In this document: positions 1 through 9,209 of the stretch, in pieces
How the letters are laid out: every line of letters starts with the position of its first letter
Position numbering within the stretch: position 1 is the first letter of the stretch
Assembly (NCBI GenBank): GCA_038065695.1
Contig: JBBTQN010000016.1
Location: forward strand, 11,738 to 75,737
DNA: 64,000 nt
DNA from: Patescibacteria group bacterium
GTDB lineage: Bacteria; Patescibacteriota; Patescibacteriia; 2-01-FULL-39-33
Reading direction: 5' to 3'
Translations under genes and position numbers: made by a program
Notes under the pieces: model-generated
Told to the model about the DNA's origin: nothing
Database searches by the model: none
The model's input: the letters and a program-made list of their open reading frames with translations, nothing else

Positions 1-1796
1 AAATACTGGCCGGTAATTGATTTTTTATTTTTCTTAATCTGCTCAAAGGTGCCTGCGGCGACCACTTCACCGCCGCGGATGCCCGCGCCCGGCCCGATAT
101 CAAGGAGCTGGTCGGCCGCGGCCATCATCTGTTCGTCGTGCTCCACGACAATCACGGTGTTGCCTTTGTCGCGCAATTTTCTCAAGGTTTCAATCAATTT
201 GGCGTTATCCCGGGCGTGCAAGCCGATGGACGGCTCGTCCAAAATATAAGTGACGCCTTCCAAACCCGAACCGATTTGCGTCGCGAGCCGCACCCGTTGC
301 GCCTCACCGCCGGCAAGCGTGTTCGCGCTCCTTGACAGGGTGAGATAGTTTAAGCCGACATTTTGCAAGAAGCCGATTTTCCTCAAAATTTCTTTCAAAA
401 CCTGTTTGGAAATCTTGCCTTCGCGCGAAGCGCCTTGCCATTTCTTGCCCAGGTCGGCGAAAAATTTCTCCGCTTGGTCAATATCGATATTGGTGACTTC
501 CACGATATTGAGATTATCAATCGTGACCGCCAAACTCTCGGGCTTAAGCCGCGCGCCGCGGCAGGTGGGGCAAGTGGAGACGCGCATATATTCTTCCAAA
601 GTTTTTTGCAAATATTCTGATTTGCCTTGATCGTATTTTTTGTTCAAAAAACCGATGACGCCGTCAAATTGCCTTTTTTCATCGCCAGCGTCGTAAAATT
701 CGCCGTCGCCGTAAAAAATAGTTTGGAGCGCTTTTTCGGCAAGCTCGGCCACGGGCGAATTCAAATCAAACTTGTGTTTTTTCGCCACCTGCTCCAGCAG
801 TTTAAAATTGGAATTTTGGGAAGCAAAATTCCGCGCCCAGGGCTTTACCGCGCCCTCGGCCAAAGTAAGCCGGCGATTCGGGATGACCAAATCCGGGTCA
901 AAAACCATTTTAACGCCGAGGCCCTTGCAAGCCGGACAGGCGCCATAAGGCGAGTTGAAGGAGAAACTTCTCGGCTCCACTTCAGGCAAAGAAACCCCGC
1001 ATTCGCGGCAAACATAATAAAGGTTAAAGGGCAATTCTTTATCCTTTTCCGGAAGATAGATATTGATAAATCCGTCGCCCAAATCCAAAGCCAGATTGAC
1101 CGCTTTGGCCAGTCGCTGCCATTCAATGTCGTCTTGGTCTTGCTTTTTGAGCTCTTCGGACAAAACAATATTATCAATTAAAATTTCAATCGTGTGCGCC
1201 AAATTCTTGTCCAATTTCAGCTCCCGCGCCTCGTCAATGTTATAAAAATGGCCGTCTATTCGAAGCAATTCGTAATTGGCTTTATTAATCGCTTCTATTT
1301 GGGCGGTGTGAACGCCCTTTTTGTGATAGACGACCGGCGCTAAAATTTGGATTCTTTCGCCTCCAGGCAAGCTGATGATCTGTTCCAAAATCTGCGCCGG
1401 CGTCTGGCGAGAAACCTCTTGGCCGCATTTAGGGCAATGGATGACGCCGACTTTGGCATATAAGAGTCGCAAATAATCGTAAATCTCGGTAATCGTGCCG
1501 ACCGTGGAACGCGGATTGACCGAAGACGATTTCTGGTCAATGGCGATGGTGGGAGTGAGCCCCTCAATACTGTCCACATCCGGCTTGTCCATTAAATCCA
1601 AAAACTGTTTGGCGTAGGAAGACAAACTCTCGGCGTAACGCCTTTGGCCTTCGGCGTAAATCGTGTCAAAAGCCAGCGAGGATTTGCCCGAGCCCGAGAG
1701 TCCGGTGATGACCACCAGTTTGTTTTTGGGAATATCAACGCTGATGTTTTTCAGGTTGTTGACGCGCGACCCTTTGATGGAAATTTTATCCGGCAT
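1..1796 (-). CDS. uvrA: Excinuclease ABC subunit A (N-terminal part, runs off the window edge)
   Basis: Not in the ORF track. Manual translation from ATG at 1796: [54 protein letters not shown]..., with Zn-finger [20 protein letters not shown] and [11 protein letters not shown] motifs. Confidence 0.96.
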   Translation of the reverse strand, partial: MPDKISIKGSRVNNLKNISVDIPKNKLVVITGLSGSGKSSLAFDTIYAEGQRRYAESLSSYAKQFLDLMDKPDVDSIEGLTPTIAIDQKSSSVNPRSTVGTITEIYDYLRLLYAKVGVIHCPKCGQEVSRQTPAQILEQIISLPGGERIQILAPVVYHKKGVHTAQIEAINKANYELLRIDGHFYNIDEARELKLDKNLAHTIEILIDNIVLSEELKKQDQDDIEWQRLAKAVNLALDLGDGFINIYLPEKDKELPFNLYYVCRECGVSLPEVEPRSFSFNSPYGACPACKGLGVKMVFDPDLVIPNRRLTLAEGAVKPWARNFASQNSNFKLLEQVAKKHKFDLNSPVAELAEKALQTIFYGDGEFYDAGDEKRQFDGVIGFLNKKYDQGKSEYLQKTLEEYMRVSTCPTCRGARLKPESLAVTIDNLNIVEVTNIDIDQAEKFFADLGKKWQGASREGKISKQVLKEILRKIGFLQNVGLNYLTLSRSANTLAGGEAQRVRLATQIGSGLEGVTYILDEPSIGLHARDNAKLIETLRKLRDKGNTVIVVEHDEQMMAAADQLLDIGPGAGIRGGEVVAAGTFEQIKKNKKSITGQY

Positions 1797-1803
1797 ATCG
1801 TCG

Positions 1804-1844
1804 TCCCCCTCCCCTTACGAAGGGGAGGGTTGGGGAGGGGTTTA
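1804..1844. repeat. Palindromic element, CCCCTCCCCTT..AAGGGGAGGG family (single arm) in the uvrA 5' UTR
   Basis: CCCTCCCCTT-ACG-AAGGGGAGGG hairpin plus TTGGGGAGGGG. Same family at 24114-24223, 44515-44616 and 54515-54556. Confidence 0.8.
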
Positions 1845-1865
1845 GAAAATAAAAAGTCAACATTT

Positions 1866-1894
1866 ATTATATACGAAACCGTCAAGGGTGTCAA
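1866..1894 (-). promoter_or_regulatory. Sigma70-type promoter of uvrA
   Basis: TTGACA-17 nt-TATAAT, perfect consensus on the minus strand. Confidence 0.8.
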
Positions 1895-1904
1895 AGGGAA
1901 TTTA

Positions 1905-1945
1905 TAACCAGTAACCAGTAACTGGTAATTGGTAATTGGTAATTG
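1905..1945. repeat. Inverted heptamer tandem repeat (TAACCAG / TGGTAAT)
   Basis: taaccag taaccag taactgg taattgg taattgg taattg. Related array at 41101-41130. Confidence 0.75.
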
Positions 1946-1970
1946 AATTTTTTTAACAAAACCTCCTCCT

Positions 1971-2080
1971 CCGTCATTCCCGTCCCCGCCTTCGCGAGGA
2001 TAAACTCCAGCGGGAATCCAGACTAATTCCAATTAAATCCGTGACTTTATCCTGGATCCCGGCTTTCGCCGGGATGACGG
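1971..2080. repeat. REP/dRS3-like paired palindrome (GTCATTCCCG..CGGGAATCCAG / CTGGATCCCGG..CCGGGATGAC)
   Basis: Two inverted arms. The left arm has an enlarged loop containing a CCCCGCCTTCGCGAGGA segment. Confidence 0.75.
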
Positions 2081-2106
2081 AAAAAAAAGGAGAAAAAATG
2101 TGGGAC

Positions 2107-2146
2107 AAAAAATCCCCGCGTAATAAGACATCTTATCACGCGGGGG
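2107..2146 (-). terminator. Intrinsic terminator / hairpin downstream of the DGR-type target gene
   Basis: CCCCGCGTGATAAGA-TG-TCTTATTACGCGGGG followed by ATTTTTT on the minus strand. Confidence 0.75.
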
Positions 2147-2166
2147 AACAAAAGGGGTCAAAGGGG

Positions 2167-2877
2167 TCAGGACTGCCCGCCTGCTTCGCTATGCGAAGCA
2201 TTGCGGGCAGGCTTGCGGACGGCCGCGAAACGCCAAAAGTCGTAGAAATCATCCCCAAGCCAGCCGAGGTCCAAGACGCGCCTAGCACTGCCCCCGTCGA
2301 GGCAGGCGAAGCGACGACCGCCGACGGCACTACGCCAAGTTGAGCCCAGCGCTCCGATTGGAAACTGCCTTTGAAGTTCGGGCTGGGCAGCGCCCAGAGC
2401 CAGAAGCTCTTCAATCTTGGCGGGACGATAGCCGAGTTTGTCTATCTCGGCCAGTACCTCATCGCCGTTGTTGAAATGGCGGTTGAAATGAAGAAGCTCC
2501 ACCGTCACTTCTTGTTTGCCTGTTCCAGTGATTGGGAAGTGTTCGGCGGTGATGTCCGGGTTCTCCCGGTCATACTTGCCGGCGGTAATTATGTCGGCGA
2601 GGGATTGGGTGTAATCGATGACGAGATTGTATTTCCCTGCCACATAGCGGCTGGCTTCTTCGGCCGCTTGGCGCGCCGTTTGAGCAGTAAAGATTTCCGC
2701 GACTTTGCGAGTTGTGATAATCATTTCCGCGACTCTTTGTTTTAAATTTTTATCCGTCTCTAAAAGACGCAAATCATCGTCGCTTCCGCCTGCCGCGAGC
2801 ACCTCATCGGCAAGCGCCTTAAAAACCTGAAACGCCTTGCCAAACGCCTGCAAAAATTCACTCTTTGGCTTACCCAT
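2167..2877 (-). CDS. Putative diversity-generating retroelement (DGR) target protein, CLec-like C-terminus
   Basis: Start moved to ATG 2877 (AGGAG SD upstream). C-terminus ELLALGAAQPELQRQFPIGALGSTW...RRVLDLGWLGDDFYDFWRFAAVRK resembles CPR DGR variable proteins. 2221-2340 has only 10 A in 120 coding nt. Confidence 0.7.
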   Translation of the reverse strand: MGKPKSEFLQAFGKAFQVFKALADEVLAAGGSDDDLRLLETDKNLKQRVAEMIITTRKVAEIFTAQTARQAAEEASRYVAGKYNLVIDYTQSLADIITAGKYDRENPDITAEHFPITGTGKQEVTVELLHFNRHFNNGDEVLAEIDKLGYRPAKIEELLALGAAQPELQRQFPIGALGSTWRSAVGGRRFACLDGGSARRVLDLGWLGDDFYDFWRFAAVRKPARNASHSEAGGQS

Positions 2878-2971
2878 CTTCTCACTCCTTATTTTTATGG
2901 CCTGCCACCTGTCCAAAGCCCATCTCCGGACTTATGGCTTACCATTATCCGCGTTAAAAGGACAACGAGTC

Positions 2972-3000
2972 ATTATAGCAACCTTCGATAATTCTGTCAA
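2972..3000 (-). promoter_or_regulatory. Consensus sigma70 promoter with extended -10
   Basis: TTGACA-17 nt-TATAAT preceded by TGc. Confidence 0.85.
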
Positions 3001-3027
3001 ACTGCTATTTAGCGCATAACAAAACGC

Positions 3028-3166
3028 GTAGAGACGTTGTGCTGCAACGTCTCCGGAGCCGTAGCATCGCTACGGCTCTACCTAACAAAACCGCCCTTCA
3101 GCGGTTTCATTGTAGAGACGCGGCGGTGCCGCGTCTCAAAAGACGCCCCAGCGGGGCGTCTGCTAC
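3028..3166. repeat. Cluster of GTAG-type REP palindromes (two REP doublets)
   Basis: GTAGAGACGTTG..CAACGTCTC / GAGCCGTAGC..GCTACGGCTCTAC (3028-3081) and GTAGAGACGCGGC..GCCGCGTCTC / AGACGCCCC..GGGGCGTCTGCTAC (3112-3166). Confidence 0.8.
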
Positions 3167-3175
3167 ATTTTTATA

Positions 3176-4072
3176 TTACAGCCCAAATTTTTTAATATTT
3201 TCATTCGCGATTTTCTGGATTTTGGCGATTTCCGCTTTGCCGGCCGGCGAAGCAAATAAATGTTTGAATCTTTTTTGAACTTTTAAAAATTCTTCAACGG
3301 GGATTTTTTTATTTATCTTTATCCTCCCGACCAGCTCGCCGTTGACATATTCAATTATCGGATAAGATCCCGACTGAACCGCGAGTTGCGCCACCGAAAC
3401 CGTGTCTTTGGCTTCAATCCCCCAGCCCGGCACGCACGGCGTATAAATTTGTAAATATTTCGGACCCTTGATGCTCAAGGCCTTTTTCACCTTGGCCGTC
3501 AAATCCGGCAGATCGCCGACCGTGACGGTCGCCACATAAGGCAAATGATGCGCCAAAGCGATTCCGATCATATCCTTTTTAGACAAATCATTGCCGAAAG
3601 AACGCTCCCCGGCTGGAGTGGTGGTGGTATTAGCGTCCAGAGGCGTGGCGCCGCTGGACTGGTAGCCGGTATTTTGGTACGCCTCGTTGTCGTAGCAGAT
3701 GTATAAAATATTTTCGCCCCGTTCCCACATGCCGGAAATATTTCCCAAGCCGATGTCAAAAGTCGCGCCGTCCCCGCCGATGGCAATAATATTTATGTCT
3801 TTGTCTTTTTTTTGGTATTTCAAGGCCGCCAAAATGCCGGAAGCGACCGAGGAGGCATTTTCAAACAAGCTATGGATGTAAGGCGTCTTAAAAATAGTGT
3901 TGGGATACTTCGTCGTCGTCACTTCCATGCAGCCGGTGGCGTTGGTGATGATCGTGTCGGGCCCGGCCGCGTCAATTATAAGCCGCAGCGCCACGATCAT
4001 CCCGCAGCCGGCGCAAGCGCTGTGCTTCGGGGAAAAATTTCTGGATAGGGGAGATTTATATTTTTTATTCAT
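3176..4072 (-). CDS. porB: Pyruvate:ferredoxin oxidoreductase beta subunit (TPP-binding)
   Basis: HSACAGCG, ATGCMEV, GGDGATFDIG..YDNEAYQNTG, PCVPGW motifs. Confidence 0.92.
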   Translation of the reverse strand: MNKKYKSPLSRNFSPKHSACAGCGMIVALRLIIDAAGPDTIITNATGCMEVTTTKYPNTIFKTPYIHSLFENASSVASGILAALKYQKKDKDINIIAIGGDGATFDIGLGNISGMWERGENILYICYDNEAYQNTGYQSSGATPLDANTTTTPAGERSFGNDLSKKDMIGIALAHHLPYVATVTVGDLPDLTAKVKKALSIKGPKYLQIYTPCVPGWGIEAKDTVSVAQLAVQSGSYPIIEYVNGELVGRIKINKKIPVEEFLKVQKRFKHLFASPAGKAEIAKIQKIANENIKKFGL

Positions 4073-4120
4073 AAAATTATAGTGGAATAAAACTACTTAA
4101 ATCACTAACAATAGAATTGT

Positions 4121-4969
4121 TTACTTCTTCTGCTTTTGTTCGAGATAATTTTTAACTTTATTAATTGTAGAATAATCATATCCCTTCGCCTTAAGTAATT
4201 CCACGCAGACAGAAGGATCTTCTCCTTTATAATATTTTATATCATCAAAACACCTCGCAATATTAAAAGGATAATCAATGCTGTATCCTGACATTTTTTC
4301 TACACCAATACATATATTACAATCATCATTAATATTATTTTTTTCATTAAACATTTTATTCCTTTGATTTATATAATACCAAAACTGGTAAGCCGTCATG
4401 CAAGCGTTCGGATAATAGTCTTTTTCATCGGTGATTTGCCAGTCATCATAAGGCCAAGCAAAATAATCAAGATCTAATTTATATTTATCATATAATTCAT
4501 CACATAATTTCAAATCGTTAGTGGCCATTAGTTTATCATGATAAGTATTAAATAAGCACAGATTTTTATCAGCAGAAAGAGAGCACAATTCCGGCGCTGG
4601 TATGGCGGGTACGCCCAAATAACTGCCAAAAAACAACCGCCAAGCTACAAATCCGCCAAATAATAGAAAACAACAAAATCCGATGATTGAAAAAATACGC
4701 AAGAATAAATTTTTCTTTATTTCTTTTAATAATAATATAAAAAATAATATAATCCATAATACCAAACCAACGACCGCGCCAAACATAAACGAAATAGCTT
4801 GTCCGATATTAAAACCAAAAAAGTCGCCCCTCAATAAAAAAGCGCCCCCCGTATAAATAATCAAAAACACGATGAAAGCTACCAAAAATGAAGAGGAAAA
4901 AATTTCAAATTTATTTAATTTATTACGCTCCTCGGCAGAGCGCATAAGCTGATCACTTAGTTGGTTCAT
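4121..4969 (-). CDS. Hypothetical membrane protein, 3 TM plus Cys-rich extracellular domain
   Basis: 282-aa ORF, very AT-rich, hydrophobic N-terminal helices. Confidence 0.7.
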   Translation of the reverse strand: MNQLSDQLMRSAEERNKLNKFEIFSSSFLVAFIVFLIIYTGGAFLLRGDFFGFNIGQAISFMFGAVVGLVLWIILFFILLLKEIKKNLFLRIFSIIGFCCFLLFGGFVAWRLFFGSYLGVPAIPAPELCSLSADKNLCLFNTYHDKLMATNDLKLCDELYDKYKLDLDYFAWPYDDWQITDEKDYYPNACMTAYQFWYYINQRNKMFNEKNNINDDCNICIGVEKMSGYSIDYPFNIARCFDDIKYYKGEDPSVCVELLKAKGYDYSTINKVKNYLEQKQKK

Positions 4970-4989
4970 ATATTTATTAAATTATTAAA

Positions 4990-6165
4990 TTATTTTCCGA
5001 CGAAAATTATTTTCTCTTTGGTTCTCTTGGATATCTCAATGGTCTTTTTTATCATCTCCTTGGTAATATCGCGACCGCCCAAACCCATGATAACACCGGT
5101 GATTTTCGCTTGGCTTTGGCCATACAAAGCGCGCTTTATCTCGGTCGCTAAAATCCCTTCAGTGCCGAGTGAAATCGATTTGTCCAGCACGGCGATATTT
5201 TCGGCCTTAACCAACAATTTAATAATTTCATCGTCCGGAAACGGCCGGAAAGCGGTGATTTTTAAGATACCGATTGTGTTTTTGTGTTTTTGTGTTTTTG
5301 TGTTTTTGTGATATTCATCCACCGCCTCTTTCATTGTCCCTAAAACTGAACCCATCGCCACGATGACGGTCTTGGCGTTTTTATCGCCATAATATTCCGC
5401 CAAGTTAAGCGGCCGGCCGAATATTTTTTTAAAATTATCCATTTCCTTTTTAATCTCCGCTTTTGAGGCGGCCAAATCATCGTGCAAACTTTTCCTGATT
5501 TCAAAATAATGTTCCGGCGTGACCAGCGGCCCGAAAGTCAAAGGATTTTTTACATCCAATTTTTCCGAGGACTGATAAGCCGGCAAATATTTTTTGATTT
5601 TTTCCGCGGCTTCAATTTCCACCGGCTCCACCACATGAGTGAGAATAAAGCCGTCCAAATTCACCATCACCGGAAGCTCCAATTTCTCCCCCACTTTATA
5701 AGCCAAGATATGTAAGTCACAAACTTCCTGCACGGTCTCGCCAAAAAGCATTATCCAGCCGGCGTCGCGCATAATCATCACGTCCTGCTGATCATTCCAG
5801 ATATTTATCGGCGCCGAAACTGAACGATTGGCGTCGGTCATAACCACCGGGAGCCGCATGCCCGCCAGATTATAAAGCACTTCAGCCATAAGCAGTAACC
5901 CCTGCGAAGAAGTGGCGGTATAAGTCCTCACCCCGGCCGCCGACGCGCCCAAAACGATGGAAGCCGCGGCGAATTCGCTTTCCGCCCGCACATATTCAAA
6001 ATCCGCCTTGCCGGCCTCGCTGTTGGGCTGGCCATCGGCTTTCAGCTTGGCCAGTTCTTCCACAATATGCGTCTGCGGCGTGATGGGATACGCAGAAACC
6101 ACACCTACGCCGATATTATTAATTGTCTCGGCAATCGCCCGACTGCCTTCTAATATTTTTTTCAT
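4990..6165 (-). CDS. porA: Pyruvate:ferredoxin oxidoreductase alpha subunit
   Basis: AYPITPQT, ESEFAAAS, TATSSQGL, GLGGRDI motifs. Confidence 0.93.
   Translation of the reverse strand: MKKILEGSRAIAETINNIGVGVVSAYPITPQTHIVEELAKLKADGQPNSEAGKADFEYVRAESEFAAASIVLGASAAGVRTYTATSSQGLLLMAEVLYNLAGMRLPVVMTDANRSVSAPINIWNDQQDVMIMRDAGWIMLFGETVQEVCDLHILAYKVGEKLELPVMVNLDGFILTHVVEPVEIEAAEKIKKYLPAYQSSEKLDVKNPLTFGPLVTPEHYFEIRKSLHDDLAASKAEIKKEMDNFKKIFGRPLNLAEYYGDKNAKTVIVAMGSVLGTMKEAVDEYHKNTKTQKHKNTIGILKITAFRPFPDDEIIKLLVKAENIAVLDKSISLGTEGILATEIKRALYGQSQAKITGVIMGLGGRDITKEMIKKTIEISKRTKEKIIFVGK
5276..5310. repeat. Perfect 8-nt tandem repeat (GTGTTTTT)x4 + GTG inside porA
   Basis: Encodes HKNTKTQKHKNT. Confidence 0.9.
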
Positions 6166-6177
6166 AAACCAAAAAGA

Positions 6178-7209
6178 TTAATACTTTATATACGCCTTTA
6201 CTAAGTCTTCATCTCCTCCGGCATTAATAAATTCTTGTAAACGCGGATCGTCCGAAAGATTATATTTTTTTCTGAAATCAATAATCGCCTTCGCTTGATT
6301 GATATCTTTTTTATTTTCAAAGTCGGCTAAATCGCGGAAACAGTCTCGTCCCAATGAATTGATTAATTTCGCCGTTGGTTTCAACCTGGCGGAAAAATAA
6401 GGCCTGACCAAATCGTAATAAACCTGATTTTGATCATCGAATTTATCATGATTCAATTCATATATTTTCTCCACCATATCGGAAAACAGCCGTGATAAAA
6501 ATTCATACTCCGAGTTTCCTTCACTGATCACGATCATCCCCTCTTCAATCTCTTCGGCTGAAAGCAACCTTTTGTCGCGTTCAATCGCCAACTCGCGATA
6601 TTTAGGATGCTGGCGAATATTATTCCTAAAAAAATCAACATTCAATCTGTCGGTGATCATCTCGTCCCAGCCCTTAAAATGAAATTCCTCTTTTTCTTCC
6701 ACTGGTTTCCCATGTCTTATACTCCAACCTTGTCGTAATTGATCTCTTATTTCTATCGTGTCATCGGTGGCGACAATATAATGTTTCGTGACCGCGTAAA
6801 GATGAAGAAATTCATGAGTTAAAATGTCCAATATCGCGAGTAAGTTATTTTTTTGTTCCTTTAAAAACTCTTCACAGATAAAAATACCTTGATTATTGCA
6901 AAACGCCGGATTGACTTCGTAATCCCTATTATAATTTTTCTCACATAAATCTCGGGGTAAAATATGAATCATGGATGGAGTTATTTCAATCGGCTCAATT
7001 TCAATTTGTCTTTTAATAGTTTCTCTTAATTCAAGTGCCAGCCATTCTATGTGATTTACTAGTTCCGGTGATTTCTCCACTTCGCCCTCAACGGTCATTT
7101 CTAAAAAATCTTTGAAGTCAGCTGAAACTACCTCATTATCTTCTCCCTCAAGCGGCCTCTTGCTTGAATCGACAAAATATAAATTTTTTTCAAGTTTGCC
7201 TTCGGGCAT
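6178..7209 (-). CDS. Hypothetical HExxH (zincin-like) protein, paralog 3
   Basis: LTHEFLH ... GWDEMITD. Confidence 0.75.
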   Translation of the reverse strand: MPEGKLEKNLYFVDSSKRPLEGEDNEVVSADFKDFLEMTVEGEVEKSPELVNHIEWLALELRETIKRQIEIEPIEITPSMIHILPRDLCEKNYNRDYEVNPAFCNNQGIFICEEFLKEQKNNLLAILDILTHEFLHLYAVTKHYIVATDDTIEIRDQLRQGWSIRHGKPVEEKEEFHFKGWDEMITDRLNVDFFRNNIRQHPKYRELAIERDKRLLSAEEIEEGMIVISEGNSEYEFLSRLFSDMVEKIYELNHDKFDDQNQVYYDLVRPYFSARLKPTAKLINSLGRDCFRDLADFENKKDINQAKAIIDFRKKYNLSDDPRLQEFINAGGDEDLVKAYIKY

Positions 7210-7231
7210 ATAAATTATCCGCCGAAATTAT

Positions 7232-8245
7232 TTATTTCTTAATCATTTTTAACGCTTGCTCAATATTTTTATCCTCCGGCAAGCCGTATTTTTTTCTAAA
7301 ATTGATGATTTGATGAAGAGTATCATCCCCTTCAACTAAGTCGATATTAGCCAAATCAGTGAAGGCGCCATCACCTAATTTCCTTATCAATTTTCCCGCC
7401 CCAGGTAAATCGCCATTAAAATAATGATAAAAAAATTTGTTTCTCACTTCTAAATCATCTTCAAAATCATCTTGATGGCGTTTATAAATCGATTCATATA
7501 AATCTTTGAATAACGACTCTAAAAAATAATAAACACCAGAGAATCGGTTAGGAAGAACTGTTTTTCCTTCTTCTTTTTGTTTAGTGGTTAATTTTTTTTC
7601 CAATTGCTCTACCTGTTCAGCAAAACGCGGATCTTTAGATATCTTTCGAATATATATCAATCTGGTTAAATATTGCGTGATCGCTTCATTTAGCCCAAAG
7701 AATAAACGACGCGACTTTTTCACATCTTGGTAGGTGGCTCCATATCCGACAGCATAACCTTTTTGATATGGTCTAACATGGACTCGGCCTTCTTGATCAA
7801 TAAATTGAGAAAACTTATGAACCGAGGATTGATGTAAAAATTCATGTACTAATAAAAGTATTTTTTCTAATTCACTAACTTTATTATCCTTCAACTTATC
7901 AGCATCTAACCAAATACCAAAATCGGTTGCTGTAAAGGTTGGAATTCTTTCGGGATTATGAGAGCTAAAGATAGATAGAAGAGTGTCGTGAGGTAATAGG
8001 TGTACTAAATTTCTGTCGTTAAAAACATTAACTTCAACACCGAATTCTCTCGCCTCATTATGGACAATCTTTCTGGCTGAATCAATGAGCTCGGAAAGTT
8101 CTTTAGACTTTTCCAACTCTTTTTCCTTAACAAATTCAGAAACAATAGTATAATTACTATCTTCTTTCATTGGATTATTAAAGTCAGCCCCTTCATCTGA
8201 CTTTTCATTTTTAATAAAAATGTTTTTTCTTAATCCTTCAGACAT
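7232..8245 (-). CDS. Hypothetical HExxH (zincin-like) protein, paralog 2
   Basis: LVHEFLH ... GLNEAITQ. Start moved to MSEGLRKNIF, which matches the paralog N-termini. Confidence 0.75.
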   Translation of the reverse strand: MSEGLRKNIFIKNEKSDEGADFNNPMKEDSNYTIVSEFVKEKELEKSKELSELIDSARKIVHNEAREFGVEVNVFNDRNLVHLLPHDTLLSIFSSHNPERIPTFTATDFGIWLDADKLKDNKVSELEKILLLVHEFLHQSSVHKFSQFIDQEGRVHVRPYQKGYAVGYGATYQDVKKSRRLFFGLNEAITQYLTRLIYIRKISKDPRFAEQVEQLEKKLTTKQKEEGKTVLPNRFSGVYYFLESLFKDLYESIYKRHQDDFEDDLEVRNKFFYHYFNGDLPGAGKLIRKLGDGAFTDLANIDLVEGDDTLHQIINFRKKYGLPEDKNIEQALKMIKK

Positions 8246-8264
8246 ATTATTTTTTAAACAATTT

Positions 8265-9209
8265 TTAAATCTTTTCCTTAAGCAATCCTTTTTCAGAATA
8301 TTCAATTCTACCAGTTAATATTTCATCTTCCGGCAAGCCGTACTTTTCTCGGAAAGCCGCGATTTGTTTTAATGTCTCAAGAGAGTCATCTGGTTTTAAT
8401 CGGGAAATATCAAGATAACTGTGGGGATTTAGGATCGCAAAAAGAGGCAACAGCGAACCGCCTGAAAAATAAGATTTTACCATTTCCTTAATCACTTCAT
8501 CTTTGTCTTGATATTTATCTTGATTAACTTCTCTTAATTTTTCGGCTAAATCATCAAGTAATCTTTCCAAATAGTCATAACCGCGCGGTCCCGGTATCTC
8601 TTTTTCTTTCGCTGCTCCTTCTTCCTGGTTTTGGATATGATCCCGATAAAATTTTTTTGTCAAATATTGAGTAATTGTTTCATTTAAACCGCCAAAACAC
8701 ATTTCGGTTTTTGATAAATCGGCATAACCGCCTCTTTTTACCGACAAACCAGCATAAAAATCAAATTTTTTCTCCTCATCTTCCAAATAGGCAAGTTTTG
8801 TTATTGATGCTTGATGGAATAATTCATGAATCACGGCAATGAGTGAATCAATATCGACCGTCTTAAAAAATTTTTCATTCAATAAAATGCCGCGATTTGT
8901 GTGAGTGCCATAAATATTTTCATGAAGAGGCCGTTTTACATACGCCCGAAGTTTTTCTTCCGGCAAAAAATGGACGATATCAGCCGTAAGATTAAACGGC
9001 TCCACCCCGTATTCGGCGGCTATCTCGCGAATCTTTTCTGTCAACCAATCAATCTTTTCCGACCATTCCGGAGATTTCTCTATCTCTCCTTCAAATGGAC
9101 GGCTCTGACACTCACTTAATTCTTTTTTTAAATCGTCTTCTTTTTCTTTGGAAACCTGCTTTTGTTCCTTGCCGCGGAAAAAAATATTTTCTTTTAAGAT
9201 TTGTCTCAT
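8265..9209 (-). CDS. Hypothetical HExxH (zincin-like) protein, paralog 1
   Basis: VIHELFH ... GLNETITQ. Start overlaps the porC stop codon. Confidence 0.75.
   Translation of the reverse strand: MRQILKENIFFRGKEQKQVSKEKEDDLKKELSECQSRPFEGEIEKSPEWSEKIDWLTEKIREIAAEYGVEPFNLTADIVHFLPEEKLRAYVKRPLHENIYGTHTNRGILLNEKFFKTVDIDSLIAVIHELFHQASITKLAYLEDEEKKFDFYAGLSVKRGGYADLSKTEMCFGGLNETITQYLTKKFYRDHIQNQEEGAAKEKEIPGPRGYDYLERLLDDLAEKLREVNQDKYQDKDEVIKEMVKSYFSGGSLLPLFAILNPHSYLDISRLKPDDSLETLKQIAAFREKYGLPEDEILTGRIEYSEKGLLKEKI

Noticed and set aside
49-1907. Many short ORFs over 1-1900, and antisense ORFs over rnj, fusA, tuf, secY, ftsZ etc.
   Set aside because: These are shadow frames of well-supported genes. uvrA is simply absent from the track because it runs off the edge.
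1751-2414. ORFs 1751-2032, 2041-2343, 16645-17071, 20291-20482, 29096-29284, 39767-40024, 44238-44621
   Set aside because: Their translations derive from palindromic or tandem repeats, tRNA, or the antisense of real genes (e.g. WIPAFAGMT, SLRGSPALAG).
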